Source: Fistulifera solaris (Eukaryota). From it: a stretch of DNA of 64,000 nucleotides. Below the pieces are notes generated by a model. That model made no database searches and was not told the DNA's origin. It saw only the letters and a list, made by a program, of their open reading frames with translations. Of the stretch, positions 61,186 to 64,000 are shown in pieces (position 1 is the first letter of the stretch; every line of letters begins with the position of its first letter). Where the stretch lies: NCBI GenBank assembly GCA_030295235.1, contig AP026138.1, positions 62,001 through 126,000 on the forward strand, read 5' to 3'. A program made the translations under genes and the position numbers.

Positions 61186-63384
61186 ATGGTGAAAAAAGGA
61201 ATTGACAAACACACTGACAATTTAACGGAACGCAAGGAACCGCTGCAAGCGGTATTACTCGCCGACGACGCCTTTACCCGGAATCAATTTCGCCCGCTCA
61301 ATCTCGATCAACCCAAAGTACTTTGTCCCCTCAACAATGTTCCCCTTATTGATTATGCAATTGATTTTCTCGCCAGTGTCGGTGTCGAGCAAGTATTGGT
61401 CATGTGTGTGGCCGACGCCGTCGCCGAGTACGTGTCGCAACAATCCACGAGGAGTCGCCTCACTTTGACCGTCATTCAAGATGCATCCTTTTTGAATGCC
61501 GGCGACGCGCTCCGAGAACTCGACAAACGCTCAATTGTCAAAAGTGATCCTTTCTTACTGATGCACGCGGATGCCGTCATGAATATCGACATCTCTGCTG
61601 CCATGCTGGCGCATCAAAAACGTCACGAACAAGACAGTGCGGCCATTATGACGATACTGATGCGAGAGACCGGTGTGCCGGCCGACAATTTAGTCGTAGG
61701 AATGGATCCAAAGCAGCGGATCTATTATTACGATCAGTCTGTGACATCAATTCGCGTCCCCTGCTCCTTTATCAGTACACCCGTCGAACTCCGCTCCGAT
61801 TTGGTCGATTGCGGCATTGATATCTGTAGCCCCGATTTGTTGGCGCGATTTTCGGATAATTTTGACTACGGAGATATCCGACGCGAATTTGTCACCAACT
61901 CGGTGGCGGAAGAAGAAGAGGGATTGCAGAATATCATTTACGGACATGTCGTTCCCGAGGGATATTCCAGTCGTGTGACCGATCCGTATTCGTACGCGCA
62001 AACGTCCCGTGATTTGTTGAAACGATGGTGTTATCCCGTGGTACCGGAGAACTTGTTTGAAAAGGAGTTTTATCAAATGCAGCGACATTATTTGTACGTG
62101 GAATCGAATGCTCGAATCGCACGGAGTGCTACGATGGAGGGCCCCGGAATGATTGGTACCTGCACGATTGGTGAACATGCCAAGCTCACGCGTTGCACGG
62201 TGGGGAACTACTGCGTGATTGCGGCCGATGCTGTTTTGAAAGAGTCACATTTGTGGAGTGCCGTGGAAATTGGTCCGGGAGCAAAAGTGACACAATCGAT
62301 TTTGGCCGATGGTGCCGTCATCAAGGCGGGCGCCGTAGTCCATCCCGGATGCGTGATTGGTGCGGGATGCGTCGTGGGTGAAAATGTGGTGTTGCCGCCG
62401 TACACACGTCTGTCGCTCAAGGAAGAAAAGGAAGACGATTTTGGTGATGATTGGGATGACGATAGTAGCAACGACAATGAAGAAGCGGAAGATCGAGATC
62501 AGCCGTGTCTGGACACTCAATTGGTGGGACTCGATGGGAAGGGTCACATTTGGAAACCCAAACCAGATGACGAAGAATACAATGAAGATGATGAAGGGTA
62601 TTTATCGGTCGCGGAAAAGCTGAAGTCAGAAAGTATCGGGTACGACCGTGCCGCACTGGAGGCTCTTCGCAATTCTTATCAGCCAGAACCTTCCGACAAC
62701 TTTAGCGAAATCGGAGATGATGAAGGCATGCCGGATTACCTGGATGAATATAGCGGAGCTGTAACATTTAGCACGGACGCCGAACCTTTCGCCGCTAGCA
62801 ACAACGATGAAATCATTGGTCGTCAAAAAGGCGTGGATGTCCTTCGCGAACTGAAAAGCATCTGTATGGAATACGAAATGATAAGTCCTATTGAGAACCT
62901 GGCGATTGAACTCAATTCGTTCAAATTTAGCCAAAATGCGAGTTATAGTGACTGTGTAACAGCAGCGACGATGGCTATTTTAGAGCGAATGAATATCACC
63001 AAAGATATGAAAGACGTCAAAATGGCAACCGAATTTAAGAAGGCGTTGCAACACTGGGCTCCATTGCTGCAAAAGATGAGTATCACGATGGAGGAAGAGA
63101 AAGCGATTGTACTTGCCTTGGAGCGATGTGCGTGCGAAGAAACCGAAATGGGAACTGTTCTGTCGAGCGGCATGTCGTTTCGCTTTTTACTAACCGTCCT
63201 GGAAGACGAAGAAGTTGTCAGCGACAAAGCCATCTTTGCCTGGGCAGATGAGCGGAAAACGGAAGGAGATACTCCCCGCGGAAGACTATTTCGGTCCAAG
63301 GCAGTTCAGGAGTTTCTGGAATGGCTACGAGAAGAAGAAAGTGACGATGAAGACGAGGAAGACAGTGAAGAAGACAGCGATTAA
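61186..63384 (+). CDS. EIF2B5: Translation initiation factor eIF2B subunit epsilon
   Basis: EPLQAVLLAD..FRPLNLDQPKVLCPLNNVPLIDY nucleotidyltransferase-like domain, hexapeptide beta-helix, ENLAIELNSFKFSQN, and W2 domain (FLEWLREEESDDE). Confidence 0.95.
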   Translation: MVKKGIDKHTDNLTERKEPLQAVLLADDAFTRNQFRPLNLDQPKVLCPLNNVPLIDYAIDFLASVGVEQVLVMCVADAVAEYVSQQSTRSRLTLTVIQDASFLNAGDALRELDKRSIVKSDPFLLMHADAVMNIDISAAMLAHQKRHEQDSAAIMTILMRETGVPADNLVVGMDPKQRIYYYDQSVTSIRVPCSFISTPVELRSDLVDCGIDICSPDLLARFSDNFDYGDIRREFVTNSVAEEEEGLQNIIYGHVVPEGYSSRVTDPYSYAQTSRDLLKRWCYPVVPENLFEKEFYQMQRHYLYVESNARIARSATMEGPGMIGTCTIGEHAKLTRCTVGNYCVIAADAVLKESHLWSAVEIGPGAKVTQSILADGAVIKAGAVVHPGCVIGAGCVVGENVVLPPYTRLSLKEEKEDDFGDDWDDDSSNDNEEAEDRDQPCLDTQLVGLDGKGHIWKPKPDDEEYNEDDEGYLSVAEKLKSESIGYDRAALEALRNSYQPEPSDNFSEIGDDEGMPDYLDEYSGAVTFSTDAEPFAASNNDEIIGRQKGVDVLRELKSICMEYEMISPIENLAIELNSFKFSQNASYSDCVTAATMAILERMNITKDMKDVKMATEFKKALQHWAPLLQKMSITMEEEKAIVLALERCACEETEMGTVLSSGMSFRFLLTVLEDEEVVSDKAIFAWADERKTEGDTPRGRLFRSKAVQEFLEWLREEESDDEDEEDSEEDSD

Positions 63385-63581
63385 TGCATTAATCGAAAAT
63401 TTTTATCATCATAATTACTAGCCTTTATTCAGCCATTCAGCCATTTTCATGCATGTTCCACAAATGATGGTTCTTTGAAAAATTAGCAACGTCGTTTGCG
63501 CTAATCTTTCCTTGTACCTGGATCTGTTGCAATAACAATCCTCGAATCCGATAAAGCATACGCACGAAGAAAAATGCACGC

Positions 63582-64000
63582 TCATTTTGTCGCCGACTCG
63601 ACATCATAACCTAAATCACGACGACGACGAGCATGAGGAGTGAGTTCATCAATGTCATTTGTTGTTTCCTCCTCTTGCAATTCTTTCATCCATAAAGCTC
63701 GATCTTCTTCCGGTATTAATTCCATTCCCGATTGCAAGCAATCGACTAAAACATCCACATCGAAATCGGGATCGTTGTTTCGTAGATCTTCTAAAATATC
63801 CGCAAACGCATCGGTGATCATATTGACATAGGCCACACGAAAGTCTTCTTCATTCACTACTGCCGTAGCTTTTTCGTTTTGTTCATCCTCCGCCATTTTC
63901 GCACTCAATTCGTTCCAGGCATTCATTAATTTTGCGCGAGCCTCATTCAATGACGATAAAATCGTTTCGGGTTGTCGCCACGGACCGTTCGGATCGTTCG
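63582..64000 (-). CDS. Hypothetical protein (probably 5' partial)
   Basis: Helical acidic ORF (FRVAYVNMITDAFADILEDLR...LVDCLQSG) running toward the window edge. Confidence 0.55.
   Translation of the reverse strand, partial: NDPNGPWRQPETILSSLNEARAKLMNAWNELSAKMAEDEQNEKATAVVNEEDFRVAYVNMITDAFADILEDLRNNDPDFDVDVLVDCLQSGMELIPEEDRALWMKELQEEETTNDIDELTPHARRRRDLGYDVESATK

Overview
Eukaryotic, gene-dense DNA with short GT-AG introns and bipartite plastid-targeting presequences (signal peptide + SAF). It is most consistent with a pennate diatom; the RNI/LRR-like repeat family suggests Fistulifera, but this is not verified. Many conserved housekeeping genes are split by single-base indels, often at homopolymers, so most frameshifts are read as assembly errors. 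The main feature is a ~20 kb cluster (6.1-25.6 kb) of type II membrane glycan-modifying enzymes. It holds one O-fucosyltransferase-family gene, one PC-esterase/TBL-type O-acyltransferase, and four NodH/Stf0-like sulfotransferase genes with 10 domains in total (5+2+2+1), one being a ~1,860 aa five-domain protein. This is a candidate cluster for sulfated, acetylated, fucose-containing polysaccharide synthesis. The rest of the window has housekeeping genes (OTU deubiquitinase, DUF1118, LUC7, 3R-MYB, PTH2, plasmepsin V-like protease, CDC73, GSA aminomutase, MYND protein, eIF2B-epsilon), a DD39D mariner-type transposase fragment head-to-head with a HECT-like gene, and an RNI/LRR-like paralogue array. 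Non-coding DNA shows a dispersed ~24 bp palindromic motif, a 217 bp tandem duplication, a Helitron-like terminus, and intergenic islands packed with unrelated 7-bp tandem duplications.
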